This document shows positions 18,722 to 28,677 of a stretch of 64,000 nt of DNA, piece by piece. Origin of the DNA: Candidatus Marinacidobacterales bacterium (GTDB lineage: Bacteria > Acidobacteriota > Vicinamibacteria > Marinacidobacterales > SMYC01); NCBI GenBank assembly GCA_965237685.1, contig CBDEGF010000004.1, positions 264,541-328,540 on the forward strand. Direction: 5' to 3'. Positions within the stretch are counted from its first letter, which is position 1. The number at the start of each line of letters is the position of its first letter. Both the position numbers and the translations under genes were made by a program. Below the pieces are notes generated by a model. It saw only the letters and a program-made list of their open reading frames with translations, was not told the origin of the DNA and did not search any database.

Positions 18722-20146
18722 ATGACGTGGATTGCCATATTCGCAACGCTTGCGCTCCCGGCGGCGCGCCAGGACGTCGAGTTCGAGACGCTGGTCACCG
18801 AGGCTCTGGCCGCCGAGCGTGCAGGCCAGATCGTCGAGGCCATCGCCGCGCTCGAAAAAGCTCGAGAGCTACGCCCGGAGGTGGCTCAGATACACTCGAC
18901 TCTGGCCTGGCTCCACTATCGTCAGGGCCGGCTCACCGAAGCGCTCTCCGAGGTTCAGGAAGCGATACGCCTCCGGCCCGACATGGCCCCGTACCATCAC
19001 TTGAAGGGGCTCGTAGCGCGCGACCTACGGCGCCCAACAGAAGCCGTCGAAGCCTTCACCGAGGCGATTGCGAGAGCGCCGTCTCTGGGAGAAGCCTATC
19101 TGGCTCTCGCCGATCTCCACCAGGCGGAGCAGGAGCTCGGGAAGGCCACCGAGGTGCTGCGGCGTTATCTCGACGTCTACCCCGACGACACTCGAGCTCT
19201 GTACTTCCTCGGGAGTGTCTTGAGCTACCAGAACCAGTTCGACGAAGCGGCGGTTCTTCTCGAGAAGGTGGTGAAAGCAGCCCCCGATCACGCTCGAGCC
19301 TGGTTTCGAAAAGCGCACCTCGAGGCACAACGCCCGGAAACGCACCCGCAGGCAATCCAGAGCTATGAACGGGCCATTCGGCTCGACGGCGCGTACGCCT
19401 ACGCGCATTACGAGTACGGAACGCTTCTCGAAAAGCTTGGGCGGTCCGATGAGGCGGTGAACGCTCTCGAGCGTGCCGTCGCACTCGCCCCCGATCACGC
19501 CGAGGCCCATTACGCGCTCGGGAACGCGCTGAGCCGCCTCGGACGCACGGACGAGGCGGAGGTGGAGCTGGGGCGCTTTCAGGAACTGAGAAGCAGGACC
19601 GACGAACAAAGAGCTCAGGCCGGCCGGGCCCTCGCCGCCTTCGGCCACGGCCGGCAGGCTCTGGAGCAGGGCCGTCTCGAGGAGGCGACCGAAGCTTTTC
19701 TCGAGATGACCGAGCTCGATCCGAGGAACCACATCGGCTATGCGTTTCTCGCCAAAAGCTACGCCTCGCTCGGCCAACTCGGAGTCGCCATCGCCTACGC
19801 ACGGCGCGCGGCGGAGCTGTCACCGGGAACGAGCGAGTATCCCTATCTGCTGTCGCTGTTTCTCAAGGAGCAAGGTAATGTGGGAGGCGCCCTCGAGGCG
19901 GTTCGAAAAGCCATCTCCTTGGATCCACGAAACGCGACGTTGCACAACCTGTATGGCGTCATCCTGGACGATCTGGGACGGGTGAGCGCGGCGGTGGCTA
20001 TCTACGAGAAGACGGTCGCGCTCGACCCTTCGAATCCAAGCTTTGCGCTGAATCTGGCCGCTGCCTACCGGAAGCTCGGCAACGACGCGAAAGCCGACGC
20101 GATGATGGATCGCTACCGACGACTCGTCTCGGGGAAAACCCGTTGA
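18722..20146 (+). CDS. TPR-repeat protein (474 aa)
   Basis: Repeated 34-aa units with W-LG-Y / A-F-A-P patterns (e.g. AEAHYALGNALSRLGRTDEAEVEL). Confidence 0.8.
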   Translation: MTWIAIFATLALPAARQDVEFETLVTEALAAERAGQIVEAIAALEKARELRPEVAQIHSTLAWLHYRQGRLTEALSEVQEAIRLRPDMAPYHHLKGLVARDLRRPTEAVEAFTEAIARAPSLGEAYLALADLHQAEQELGKATEVLRRYLDVYPDDTRALYFLGSVLSYQNQFDEAAVLLEKVVKAAPDHARAWFRKAHLEAQRPETHPQAIQSYERAIRLDGAYAYAHYEYGTLLEKLGRSDEAVNALERAVALAPDHAEAHYALGNALSRLGRTDEAEVELGRFQELRSRTDEQRAQAGRALAAFGHGRQALEQGRLEEATEAFLEMTELDPRNHIGYAFLAKSYASLGQLGVAIAYARRAAELSPGTSEYPYLLSLFLKEQGNVGGALEAVRKAISLDPRNATLHNLYGVILDDLGRVSAAVAIYEKTVALDPSNPSFALNLAAAYRKLGNDAKADAMMDRYRRLVSGKTR

Positions 20147-21793
20147 CCGTAGTGCGGCTCGCCTCAGCCATCGTCGTGTTTCTGACGGCGATCGGCCCCG
20201 CCGGGGGGTGGTCCGCACAGGCGGTGTTTCGACGTGGACCGGACCTCCAGTTCCAGCACCGATCGGGTGATCCCGACAAGCGCTACATCCTCGGCGCCAT
20301 GGGTTCCGGCGTCGCTCTGTTCGACTACGATCTCGACGACGACCTGGACATCTTCCTCGTCAACGCGACGGAGCCGGGCCGGCTCTTCCGAAACGATATG
20401 GACGGGCAGGACGGGCAAGGCCTTCGTTTCACGGACGTGACGTCCTCCGCCGGTCTCACTCCGAGCGGGTTCGGTCAGGGCGTGGCGGTGGCTGACGTCG
20501 ACAACGACGGGGATCCAGATCTCTACGTCACGAACTTCGGAGCGAACGCTCTCTTCCGAAACCGCGGCGACGGCACGTTCGAGCAGATGAGCTCGGGAGC
20601 AAGAGGACGAACGATGGGGTGCGAGCGCGGCTTTCTCCGACACCGACCACGACGGCTTCGTCGATCTCTACGTCACGAACTACCTCGACTTCGACCAAGA
20701 GCTCCTGGACCGTGTCGTGCCAGAGGAGTTCTGTCGCCGGAAGGGTCTTGCGGTCAACTGTGGCCCGCGAGGCTTTCCGTTCGTCTCCAGCACGTTCTAC
20801 CGCAACCGTGGTGACGGGACCTTCGAGGATGTCACCCGGGCGTCGGGACTCGAGAACCGCCGGACCTACCAGCTGGGTGTGGTCTTCTCCGATCTCGATC
20901 TCGATGGCGACACCGATCTCTACATCGCAACCGACTCCACACCGAACCTTCTCTTCGAGAACCAGGGGGACGGGACGTTTCGGGATCGCTCGCTGATCTC
21001 GGGCGCGGCACTCTCTCACCTCGGCACCGATCAGGCGGGCATGGGCGTCGACGCGGGCGACGCCAGCGGCGACGGCCTCTTCGATCTCCTCGTCACGAAC
21101 TTCGCCGACGACTACAACACGCTCTACATCAATCAGGACGAGATGCGCTTTCAGGACGCGACGGACCTCGCCCACCTCGCCGTGGCCAGCCTTCCCTATC
21201 TGGGCTGGAGCGCGTTTCTCGAGGATATCGACGGCGACGGCGATCTGGACATCCTCGTCGTAAACGGCCACGTCTACCCACAGGTCGATGGTTCCGGCGT
21301 CGGCGAGAGCTTCCGCCAGCCGATGCAGCTCTTCTGGAATCGCGGAGACGGCACGTTCGAGCCCGCCCCGGCAACCGAGCTCGGCGCGCTCGCGGAACCG
21401 GTTTCGGCGCGGGGAGCCGGTCTCGGTGATCTCGACGGCGACCTGGACCTGGACGCGGTGGTGAACGTCATGGACGGCGCGCCGCTGGTGCTTCAGAACG
21501 AGAAACGCGTCCGGGGCGTCGCTCTACGCCTGGTGGGACGGCGCTCCAACCGCGACGGCCTCGGCGCTGTTCTGACCGCCCGGCACGGCGGGCGGCTCCT
21601 CCGGCGAGAGCTGCGCGGCGGACGCGGCTATCTCTCCCATAGCGCCAGCCGTGCCTTCTTTGGTCTTGCCGATGACAACGCCATCGACGAGCTCACGATT
21701 GCATGGCCGGGGAGTTCAACGGAGACTATCGAAGGCCTTCGACCCGGACGCTACACTGTCGCGGAAGGGCTCGGCGTGATCCACAAGGAGTAG
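20143..21793 (+). pseudogene. ASPIC/UnbV (CRTAC1-family, FG-GAP/VCBS repeat) protein with a frameshift near 20585-20600
   Basis: TTG start overlaps the TPR stop. Frame A ends ...NRGDGTFEQMSSGA. Frame B continues EQEDERWGASAAFSDTDHDGFVDLYVTNYLDF...FYRNRGDGTFEDVT...FENQGDGTF. The UnbV_ASPIC C-terminal domain is intact. Confidence 0.65.
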
Positions 21794-21881
21794 CCAGGTG
21801 CTCGACGGCCGCCTGTGGGCGCACTACCACACGACACATTGGCCGCATCATCTGACCGTCACGTCGGCGTACTCGACAAGA

Positions 21882-22817
21882 ATGAAACGCATCGTTATCG
21901 ACTGCGACCCCGGCCAGGACGACGCGGTCATGCTGCTCCTCGCGTTGGCCTCACCCGAAGAGCTGGACATCCTCGGCATCACCACCGTTGCCGGCAACGT
22001 GCCGCTAAACAAGACCGAGCGTAACGCCCGCATCATTTGTGAGCTCGCGGGGAGATCTGAGATCAGGGTATTCGCAGGCTGCGCCCGTCCCATGATGCGG
22101 CCGCTGGTGACCGCCGAGTACGTTCACGGCAAGGAAGGGATCGACGGCGCCGAGATCTACGAGCCCGAGATGCCGCTTCAGGACCGCCACGCCGTCGAGT
22201 TCATCGTCGAGACGCTGATGGCTTCCGACGACGAATCGGTGATCCTCGTGCCGACCGGCCCACTGACCAACATCGGCATGGCTCTGGTCCGCGAGCCGCG
22301 GATCGCATCAAGAATCTGCGAGATCGTGCTCATGGGCGGCGCGATGCGCGAAGGCGGCAACACCACCCCCTCGGCCGAGTTCAACATCTACGTCGACCCT
22401 CATGCCGCGGCGGTCGTCTTCGATTGCGGGCGTCCCATCGTCGCGATGAGCCTCGACGTCACCCACCGGGTCCTCACGACGCCCCAGCGCATCAAGGCCA
22501 TCGGGGACATCGGGAGCGCCGTCGCCTCGACGGTGAAGAGCATGCTCGAGTTCTACAACCGCTACGATCTGGAGAAGTACGGTATGGAAGGCGGGCCCCT
22601 CCACGATCCATGCACGATCGCCTACCTTCTGAAGCCCGAGCTCTTCCAGGGCAAGCACGTCAACGTCGAGATCGAAACGCAATCGGAGCTGACGATGGGG
22701 GAGACGGCGGTCGATTTCTGGGGCGTGACCGATCGACCGAAAAACGCCGTCTGGATCTACGACGCGGACGCGGACGGCTTCTTCGCGCTCCTGACCGAGC
22801 GCCTCGCGCGTTTATAG
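21882..22817 (+). CDS. Cytoplasmic nucleoside hydrolase (RihA/IunH-like, no signal peptide)
   Basis: MKRIVIDCDPGQDDAVMLLLAL, PTGPLTNIGMAL, NIYVDPHAAAVVF, HDPCTIAYLL. Confidence 0.85.
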   Translation: MKRIVIDCDPGQDDAVMLLLALASPEELDILGITTVAGNVPLNKTERNARIICELAGRSEIRVFAGCARPMMRPLVTAEYVHGKEGIDGAEIYEPEMPLQDRHAVEFIVETLMASDDESVILVPTGPLTNIGMALVREPRIASRICEIVLMGGAMREGGNTTPSAEFNIYVDPHAAAVVFDCGRPIVAMSLDVTHRVLTTPQRIKAIGDIGSAVASTVKSMLEFYNRYDLEKYGMEGGPLHDPCTIAYLLKPELFQGKHVNVEIETQSELTMGETAVDFWGVTDRPKNAVWIYDADADGFFALLTERLARL

Positions 22818-22822
22818 GAACG

Positions 22823-23218
22823 TCAGCTCTGGTTCACAACGGTGATCTGGTCGTTCAACGTCCACATGTTGTACAAATAGCCGATGCCCAGAAACGCTGC
22901 CGTCAGGAGATAGAGGATCCCGGTGAGCCACTTCCCAATGTACATCCGGTGGACACCGAAGAAACCCAGAAAAGTAAGAAGAATCCAGGCCACCGTGTAG
23001 TCGATCTTTCCAGCCTTGAACCGGAGATCCGCGTCCCGATCCATCGCCGGAATCAGGAACAGATCGATGAGCCACCCCACCCCGAGCAATCCCGCCGTAA
23101 AGAACCAGATGGTCCCCGAGATCGGCTTGCCGTAGTAGAAACGGTGCGCACCCGTGAAACCGAAGATCCAAAGGATGTAACCGATAGATTTGAGATGGGT
23201 GTCGTTCGTTTCGCTCAT
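22823..23218 (-). CDS. TM2-domain (NINE-like) membrane protein
   Basis: MSETNDTHLKSIGYILWIFGFTGAHRFYYGKP...GFFGVHRMYIGK: duplicated TM2 motif. Confidence 0.7.
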   Translation of the reverse strand: MSETNDTHLKSIGYILWIFGFTGAHRFYYGKPISGTIWFFTAGLLGVGWLIDLFLIPAMDRDADLRFKAGKIDYTVAWILLTFLGFFGVHRMYIGKWLTGILYLLTAAFLGIGYLYNMWTLNDQITVVNQS

Positions 23219-23309
23219 GGAATCCCCGCATCGGACGTTGCCTTCATCACAGGCAATACGTAAGCTCTTGCAGCCTGGTTCAACGGCCTGGCGATAGGAG
23301 GGACATATC

Positions 23310-24632
23310 ATGCGCCTCACGTACTTGCCAATCGGCGTGCTCTTCGTTCTGAGCTCCGTCGGCCGGTCGGACGGCCAGGTCCGCAGCGCCCGCGAACGCC
23401 ACGATCGCGAGTGGGAGACCAAGGCCCGGAAAATGGAGAGCCACCTGCTCCCGACGATGCGGAAGCACGGCATCGATATGTGGATCCTGATGAGCCGGGA
23501 GAACCACCCCGATCCGATCCTCGATCTCTTCGGGAAAAACGGCGTCTCCGGATGGTACGGCCACCGAAACGCCTACATCTTCTACGACGACGGACAGGTC
23601 CTCGAAACCACGGTTATCGGAACGCACCTGAGCGACCATCTCGCACGCTTCTACAAGAACATCATCTCGTACGGAGAAGAGGGCCTGGCTGGCCACTTGA
23701 AGGAGTTCGTCGAAGAGCGGGATCCGGAGCGCATCGCCATCAACCGATCGCGCACGATCTCGATGGCGGATGGATTGACCGCTTCGCTCCTGCAGTATCT
23801 GGAGGAGGCCATCGGTCCAAAGTACACGGAGCGAATGGAATCGTCCGAGCCCATGGCGATCGACTACATCAGCTATCGGACGGACGCGGAGCTCGCGATC
23901 GAGCGCGAGGCGAGCTGGGCCACGTTTCACATCCTTCGGCGCGCCTTCTCGAACGAGGTGATTACGCCCGGCAAGACGACGCTCATGGACGTCTACTGGT
24001 GGATCGTAAACCAGTGGAAAGCCCAGGATCTCGAGTTCAATTTCGCGCCCGGCATCGACATCCAGCGAAAAGGGGTGGAAGGCCGCATCGATGACGCCGC
24101 TGACCCGATCATCCAGCCCGGCGACGTCCTGCACGTGGACTTCGGCGTCCGTTTGATGGGCCTGGTGACCGATCAGCAGAAGATGGCCTACGTGCTGCGG
24201 CACGACGAGACGGAGCCTCCCGAAGGTATCCGCAAAGCTTTCGAGGACTCGGTTCGCCTGGGGGTGATCCTCACCGAAGAGCTGAAGCCGGGAGTGCTCG
24301 GCCATGTCGTCAAAGAGCGAGCGGAGGAACGAGGAATCGGCGAAGGCATCATCAGCTCGATCTATCCGCACTCGCAGGGCAACTGGGTCCACGGAGCCGG
24401 CTCCTGGGTCAGTTTCAACTGGCCGGAGCGCTACGGCCGCCACCCGCGAGAGCCAGTGCGCCAGCGCGAAATCTGGTCCATCGAGTACTCGGCGTCCCGC
24501 GACATTCCCGAATGGGGAGGCCAGCGCGTCTCCATGCCCCGCGAGGAGGACGCTTGGGTCGATGAGGACGGCGAGGTTCACTACTTTGCCGGCCCGCAGA
24601 AGGAGCTGTGGCTCATTCGAACCGAGCCGTGA
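23310..24632 (+). CDS. Secreted M24-family metallopeptidase (Xaa-Pro aminopeptidase-like)
   Basis: Signal MRLTYLPIGVLFVLSSVG. Pita-bread metal ligands are in GDVLHVDFGVRLMGLVTDQQKM...HSQGNWVHGAG...REIWSIEYS. Confidence 0.75.
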   Translation: MRLTYLPIGVLFVLSSVGRSDGQVRSARERHDREWETKARKMESHLLPTMRKHGIDMWILMSRENHPDPILDLFGKNGVSGWYGHRNAYIFYDDGQVLETTVIGTHLSDHLARFYKNIISYGEEGLAGHLKEFVEERDPERIAINRSRTISMADGLTASLLQYLEEAIGPKYTERMESSEPMAIDYISYRTDAELAIEREASWATFHILRRAFSNEVITPGKTTLMDVYWWIVNQWKAQDLEFNFAPGIDIQRKGVEGRIDDAADPIIQPGDVLHVDFGVRLMGLVTDQQKMAYVLRHDETEPPEGIRKAFEDSVRLGVILTEELKPGVLGHVVKERAEERGIGEGIISSIYPHSQGNWVHGAGSWVSFNWPERYGRHPREPVRQREIWSIEYSASRDIPEWGGQRVSMPREEDAWVDEDGEVHYFAGPQKELWLIRTEP

Positions 24633-24775
24633 ACCGACAGTGTCCTGACTGACAACTGAGGGGCTTTTTCCCCGATCGGCGCGACCCGCCTTGCTGTATC
24701 CACTTGAGCCCTAGCAGCTTGCCCGCGCCACTCTGATGGCACAGCGCTTGCGATCCCCATTCGCGGAGGATCGAG

Positions 24776-25198
24776 ATGAAGACTCAAGCACTCACGAGGT
24801 TGCTCCTGACTATGGCTCTTCTGCCCGGCGCCGGCATCGCCAGTGGCCAGCAACCGGAGGATGCCGCCCAAGCGGGCGCCAAGGCATGGCTGGCGCTCGT
24901 GGATCAAGCCGAATACGCCCAGAGCTGGGAAGAGGCGGCCGCCTTCTTCAAGGGCGCGATCAGCAAGGAAGACTGGGTGAAGATGGTGGCGGGCGTGCGC
25001 AATCCGCTCGGCAAGCGGATCAGCCGCAAGGTGAGAAGCCGGCACTACGCGGAAGAGCTCCCCGGAGCCCCGGACGGCAAGTACGTCGTCATCCAGTTCG
25101 AAGCGACGTTCGAGAACAAGAAGAGAGCCATCGAGACCGTCACACCCGTGCTCGACGATGACGGTGTGTGGCGGGTATCGGGCTACTACATTAATTAA
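24776..25198 (+). CDS. Small secreted protein (DUF4019-like), 140 aa
   Basis: Signal MKTQALTRLLLTMALLPGAGIASG. Family guess from size and pattern only. Confidence 0.4.
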   Translation: MKTQALTRLLLTMALLPGAGIASGQQPEDAAQAGAKAWLALVDQAEYAQSWEEAAAFFKGAISKEDWVKMVAGVRNPLGKRISRKVRSRHYAEELPGAPDGKYVVIQFEATFENKKRAIETVTPVLDDDGVWRVSGYYIN

Positions 25199-25285
25199 AC
25201 AACACCCGCTCACTTGCCAGTTTTTCGCTGAGCTGGCATAGTCTCGGGCGGGACCGCGCCCCAGGGGCTCGTCCTCGTCCTGCCT

Positions 25286-25753
25286 ATGAAGACCAGTGCT
25301 GGCCTGCTCATGTATCGGCGGCACCCGTCCCTCGAGGTATTTCTGGTCCATCCCGGCGGGCCGTTGTTCGAGAACAAAGACGACGGTAGCTGGTCGATTC
25401 CCAAGGGTCTCCTCGAGGAAGGAGAGGATCCCCTCGAGACGGCACGACGCGAGTTCCGGGAAGAGACCGGTCTAGCGGTTCCGGAGAACGACTTCCTGGA
25501 TTTGGGAGAGGTGACGCAGAAAGGCGGCAAACGCGTTCTGGCGTGGGCCTTCGTCGGTGATTGCGATCCCGATGCGATCGAGAGCAACACCTTCGAAATG
25601 GAGTGGCCTCCGCGCTCCGGTCGCAAGAGCTCCTTTCCGGAAATCGATCGCGCCGCGTTCTTCACCCCCGACGCCGCGCGTCGCAAGCTCCTGAGTGCCC
25701 AGACGCCTTTCGTGGATCGTCTGGAGACCGTCTTGAGGCCGACCGCTTCGTGA
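25286..25753 (+). CDS. NUDIX hydrolase
   Basis: Nudix box GLLEEGEDPLETARREFREETGL (GX5EX7REUXEEXGU). Confidence 0.8.
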   Translation: MKTSAGLLMYRRHPSLEVFLVHPGGPLFENKDDGSWSIPKGLLEEGEDPLETARREFREETGLAVPENDFLDLGEVTQKGGKRVLAWAFVGDCDPDAIESNTFEMEWPPRSGRKSSFPEIDRAAFFTPDAARRKLLSAQTPFVDRLETVLRPTAS

Positions 25754-27351
25754 TGAAAAGACCCGTCGTTCTCGTCATCACCGTCGCCATGGCCACTCAG
25801 GCGCTCGCACAGAGCTCGTCGTACCAGGCGCTTCTCGTACTCAACGACGAGCTGGCGGATTGGGCCGAGCCCGTTACGAAAGACGGCGTCATCGATGAGC
25901 GCTCCGAGACGATTGGAGCCAAACACGAGGCGCTTCGAACTTTGTCGGAACGGTTGTCGGCCATCGATCCCTCGTCGTGGTCCCGCTCCGAGAAGATCGA
26001 CTACCTCCTCGTTCGCGCCCGTATTCGCGAGGCGGAGTTCGAGCACCGCGTGATGCGCCCCTGGTCGCGGGATCCCGTCCGCTCGGTGAACCGGATCGGT
26101 CGTATCCCCTATCGGGACGTGCCCGTTCCCGAGGCGGACGTCGCAGATTTCCGAGCCCGGCTCAATAGCGTCGGTCCCACCCTCGCGCAGGCCCGGCACA
26201 ACCTCACGGAGGTCTCCACCGACCTAGCGAACCAGGCGATTCGCCATCTCGAGCGGCACGACGGCGTGGGGCAGGGAGAGCCGGTACGCGAGCCGCCCGT
26301 CGCAGGGATCATCGGCTGGTACCGCGACCTGCACGAGAGGCTCTCGGAGAAAGAGCCCGAGCTCGCGGCGGAGGCCCTAGCCGCGCTCCTCGCCTGCGAG
26401 AGCTTCCGCGACTGGCTGCGGGGAAGTCTCCCGCGCCTGACTCACTCGGCCGCCATTGGCCTCGACAACTACGATTGGTATCTGAAACACGTTCGGCTGA
26501 TGCCCTACACGTCCGAGGACGTGCGACGGCTCGGGGAGCGGGAGCTCCAGCGAGCGCTGACGTTTTTGGCGATCGAGGAGAACAGGAACCGCAACCTGCC
26601 CGAGCTCACGCCCGCGACGAGCAAGGAGCAGTACGACGCGATGACCGCGGAAGCGGAGGCACAGATTCGGGCCATCATCGCCGATCAGAATCTGCTGACC
26701 ATCCCATCGGATACACCGCCGGCTTTCGAGACGGATGCGTTCTTCATTCGCCGGCCCGGAGGCAAGCGGCACTTCTGGGAAGAGATCCAGTACCGGAACG
26801 CGCTGAACAATCACATCCATGCGTCGATCCCCGGGCACCGTTTCGACGGATTTCTTCAGCGGCCTGTGACGAACCCCATCCGCGCGCGCCACCGGGACGG
26901 GTCGAGAGCCGAGGGCTGGACGTTCTACATCGAAGAAATGCTGCTCCAGGCCGGAATCCTGGACGAGATCCCGCGGGCGCGCGAGCTCTTCTACATCGCG
27001 CAGCTGGCCCGGGCGGTGCGCATCCCCTCCGAGCTGAGCCTCCAGACGGGCCGGATGTCTCTCGACGACGCGGTCGCATACATGGTGGGGATGGTGCCGC
27101 TGATGGAGGAAGACCTCGCGCGCTACGATCTCGAGATCTACCTGAGGCGTCCCGCCTACGGGATGAACTACACGATGGGCATGATCCAGCTCGAGGCGCT
27201 GGTTGCCGAACAGGCCCACGCGCTCGGAGACGACTTCGACCTCGGCGCTTTCCACGACAGGTTTCTGAGCGCCGGCTCCATCCCGATCTCGCTCATCGCC
27301 TGGGAGATGGCGGAAGACGATGCTGCGTACGAGTGGCTGTGGGAGGAGTAG
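25753..27351 (+). CDS. DUF885-family secreted protein (532 aa)
   Basis: ATG shares a base with the NUDIX stop (TGATG). Signal MKRPVVLVITVAMATQALAQ. Contains GWTFYIEEMLL...GMNYTMGMIQ. Confidence 0.55.
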   Translation: MKRPVVLVITVAMATQALAQSSSYQALLVLNDELADWAEPVTKDGVIDERSETIGAKHEALRTLSERLSAIDPSSWSRSEKIDYLLVRARIREAEFEHRVMRPWSRDPVRSVNRIGRIPYRDVPVPEADVADFRARLNSVGPTLAQARHNLTEVSTDLANQAIRHLERHDGVGQGEPVREPPVAGIIGWYRDLHERLSEKEPELAAEALAALLACESFRDWLRGSLPRLTHSAAIGLDNYDWYLKHVRLMPYTSEDVRRLGERELQRALTFLAIEENRNRNLPELTPATSKEQYDAMTAEAEAQIRAIIADQNLLTIPSDTPPAFETDAFFIRRPGGKRHFWEEIQYRNALNNHIHASIPGHRFDGFLQRPVTNPIRARHRDGSRAEGWTFYIEEMLLQAGILDEIPRARELFYIAQLARAVRIPSELSLQTGRMSLDDAVAYMVGMVPLMEEDLARYDLEIYLRRPAYGMNYTMGMIQLEALVAEQAHALGDDFDLGAFHDRFLSAGSIPISLIAWEMAEDDAAYEWLWEE

Positions 27352-27353
27352 GC

Positions 27354-27656
27354 GTGCCCAGAGACTTTCGAAGCTTTGGCGAGTTCTATCCTTATTACCT
27401 TTCGGAACATCGAAACCCCACCTGCCGGCGCCTCCATTTCGTGGGGACGGGGCTCGTCATCGCCATCACCATTTCCGCCGTCGCAACTGGGACGTGGACG
27501 CTCCTCCTCTTCATGCCGATCGTTGGCTACGGCTTTGCCTGGGCCGGTCACTTCTTCTTCGAGAAGAACAAGCCCGCCACGTTTCGCCACCCGCTGTATA
27601 GCCTCGCCGGAGATTTTCGGATGTTCGGTGAGATGCTCGCCGGTCGCCACCGCTAA
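27354..27656 (+). CDS. DUF962 / Mpo1-like small membrane protein
   Basis: GGGAGGAG is immediately upstream of GTG 27354. FGEFYPYYLSEHRNPTCRRLHFVGTGLVIA...FAWAGHFFFEKNKPATF matches the DUF962 signature. Confidence 0.55.
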   Translation: MPRDFRSFGEFYPYYLSEHRNPTCRRLHFVGTGLVIAITISAVATGTWTLLLFMPIVGYGFAWAGHFFFEKNKPATFRHPLYSLAGDFRMFGEMLAGRHR

Positions 27657-27689
27657 CCGCAAAGACCGAGACAGCACCACAAACAGCAA

Positions 27690-27930
27690 AGAGATCATAC
27701 GGAACCCCGGAAAAGCGGAACCCCGGAACCCACGAGGAATCTAGAAACGAGACCGCGACCGATCGAATCCGCGCAGGATGCTTCCGGAACTTAACGGTAG
27801 AGGCGCACGCGAAGGGTTCTCACTAGATTGGATTCCCAGCTCGAGTTTCCGGGGTTCCGTTGTTCCGGGGTTCCTGATGTGCCGGGTTTCTTCGAGCATC
27901 CAGGTGCGGAGTTCCGAGTTTCCTAATCGA
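27690..27930. repeat. About 200-bp imperfect palindromic intergenic element whose arms are direct repeats of GGAACCCCGG; related elements at 39890-40080 and 52375-52560
   Basis: Left arm is CGGAACCCCGGAAAAGCGGAACCCCGGAACCC. Right arm is GTTTCCGGGGTTCCGTTGTTCCGGGGTTCC. Next to it is the GGATGCTCGAAGAAACCCGGCACATCAGGAA block, shared with the 52385 copy. Confidence 0.7.
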
Positions 27931-28540
27931 AGTCGGTCGGCAAGTCGGGATTTCTCAGGTGCTCGAAGCATCGTGCGATCTGCGATGGCGTCGTCCTTCC
28001 CAGGGACAGCTCCGGGAGGCGATCCGGCGCGAAAAACGAGGCGCCCTCCGTCTCCACGCTCGAGCGGGCCTGGCCACCGGTGAGCTCGCACCGAAACAAG
28101 AGCTTGTAGATATGGGCTGCGTGGGGCGGATGGCCGTGCTTTCGGCGGTCGAGGACGGCGAGGAGTTTCGACACCTTTGTTTCGAAACCTGATTCCTCGC
28201 GCACTTCGCGCTCGACCGCCTCGGCGGGCGTTTCCCCGACATCGGCCCAGCCACCGGGAAGGGTCCACTTTCCGTCGGCGATCTCCTTGACGAGAAGGAT
28301 TTTCTCGTCGCAGAAAGCGACGCCCCGGACATCGACTTTCGGCGTGGCGTAGCCCGTCTCCTGGACGAAAATCTCGTGAATGCTCGACGCCGGGAGCCCG
28401 CTCGGCTCGGCAAGCATCTCCGCCGCCACGTCGCGGATGGCTTCGTAGCGCTCCCGGTCGTAGGGGTCCTTCGTGTAGAGAAGTCCATTGTGCGCCATCG
28501 CCGCAAGGCGTTGTGACCAGTCGATCCATTTGGGCTCCAT
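27923..28540 (-). CDS. NUDIX hydrolase with N-terminal NUDIX_N-type domain (ADP-ribose pyrophosphatase-like)
   Basis: MEPKWIDWSQRLAAMAHNGLLYTKDPYDRERY..., Nudix box GGWADVGETPAEAVEREVREESGF. Confidence 0.75.
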   Translation of the reverse strand: MEPKWIDWSQRLAAMAHNGLLYTKDPYDRERYEAIRDVAAEMLAEPSGLPASSIHEIFVQETGYATPKVDVRGVAFCDEKILLVKEIADGKWTLPGGWADVGETPAEAVEREVREESGFETKVSKLLAVLDRRKHGHPPHAAHIYKLLFRCELTGGQARSSVETEGASFFAPDRLPELSLGRTTPSQIARCFEHLRNPDLPTDFD

Positions 28541-28677
28541 GAAACGATCTTAACCCCGATCCGAAATTCCTCCGCCTGAGATTTTGTTTCGGATCGGGGT
28601 GAACCCAACCTTGTGGAGCCGCTTTGGAGTTGTTACCCTGATGTAACAATCCCCGTGTATCAGCAGGAGCGGAACCC

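Noticed and set aside
24646-24672. Terminator after the M24 peptidase gene (GAGGGGCTTTTTCCCC)
   Set aside because: The stem is only 4 bp and the following sequence is not U-rich, which is too weak to call.
27690-27930. CRISPR array interpretation of the GGAACCCCGG repeats (also 39890-40080, 52375-52560)
   Set aside because: Repeat units are only 10 bp and irregularly spaced. They are arranged as inverted arms around a unique centre; no cas genes are nearby.
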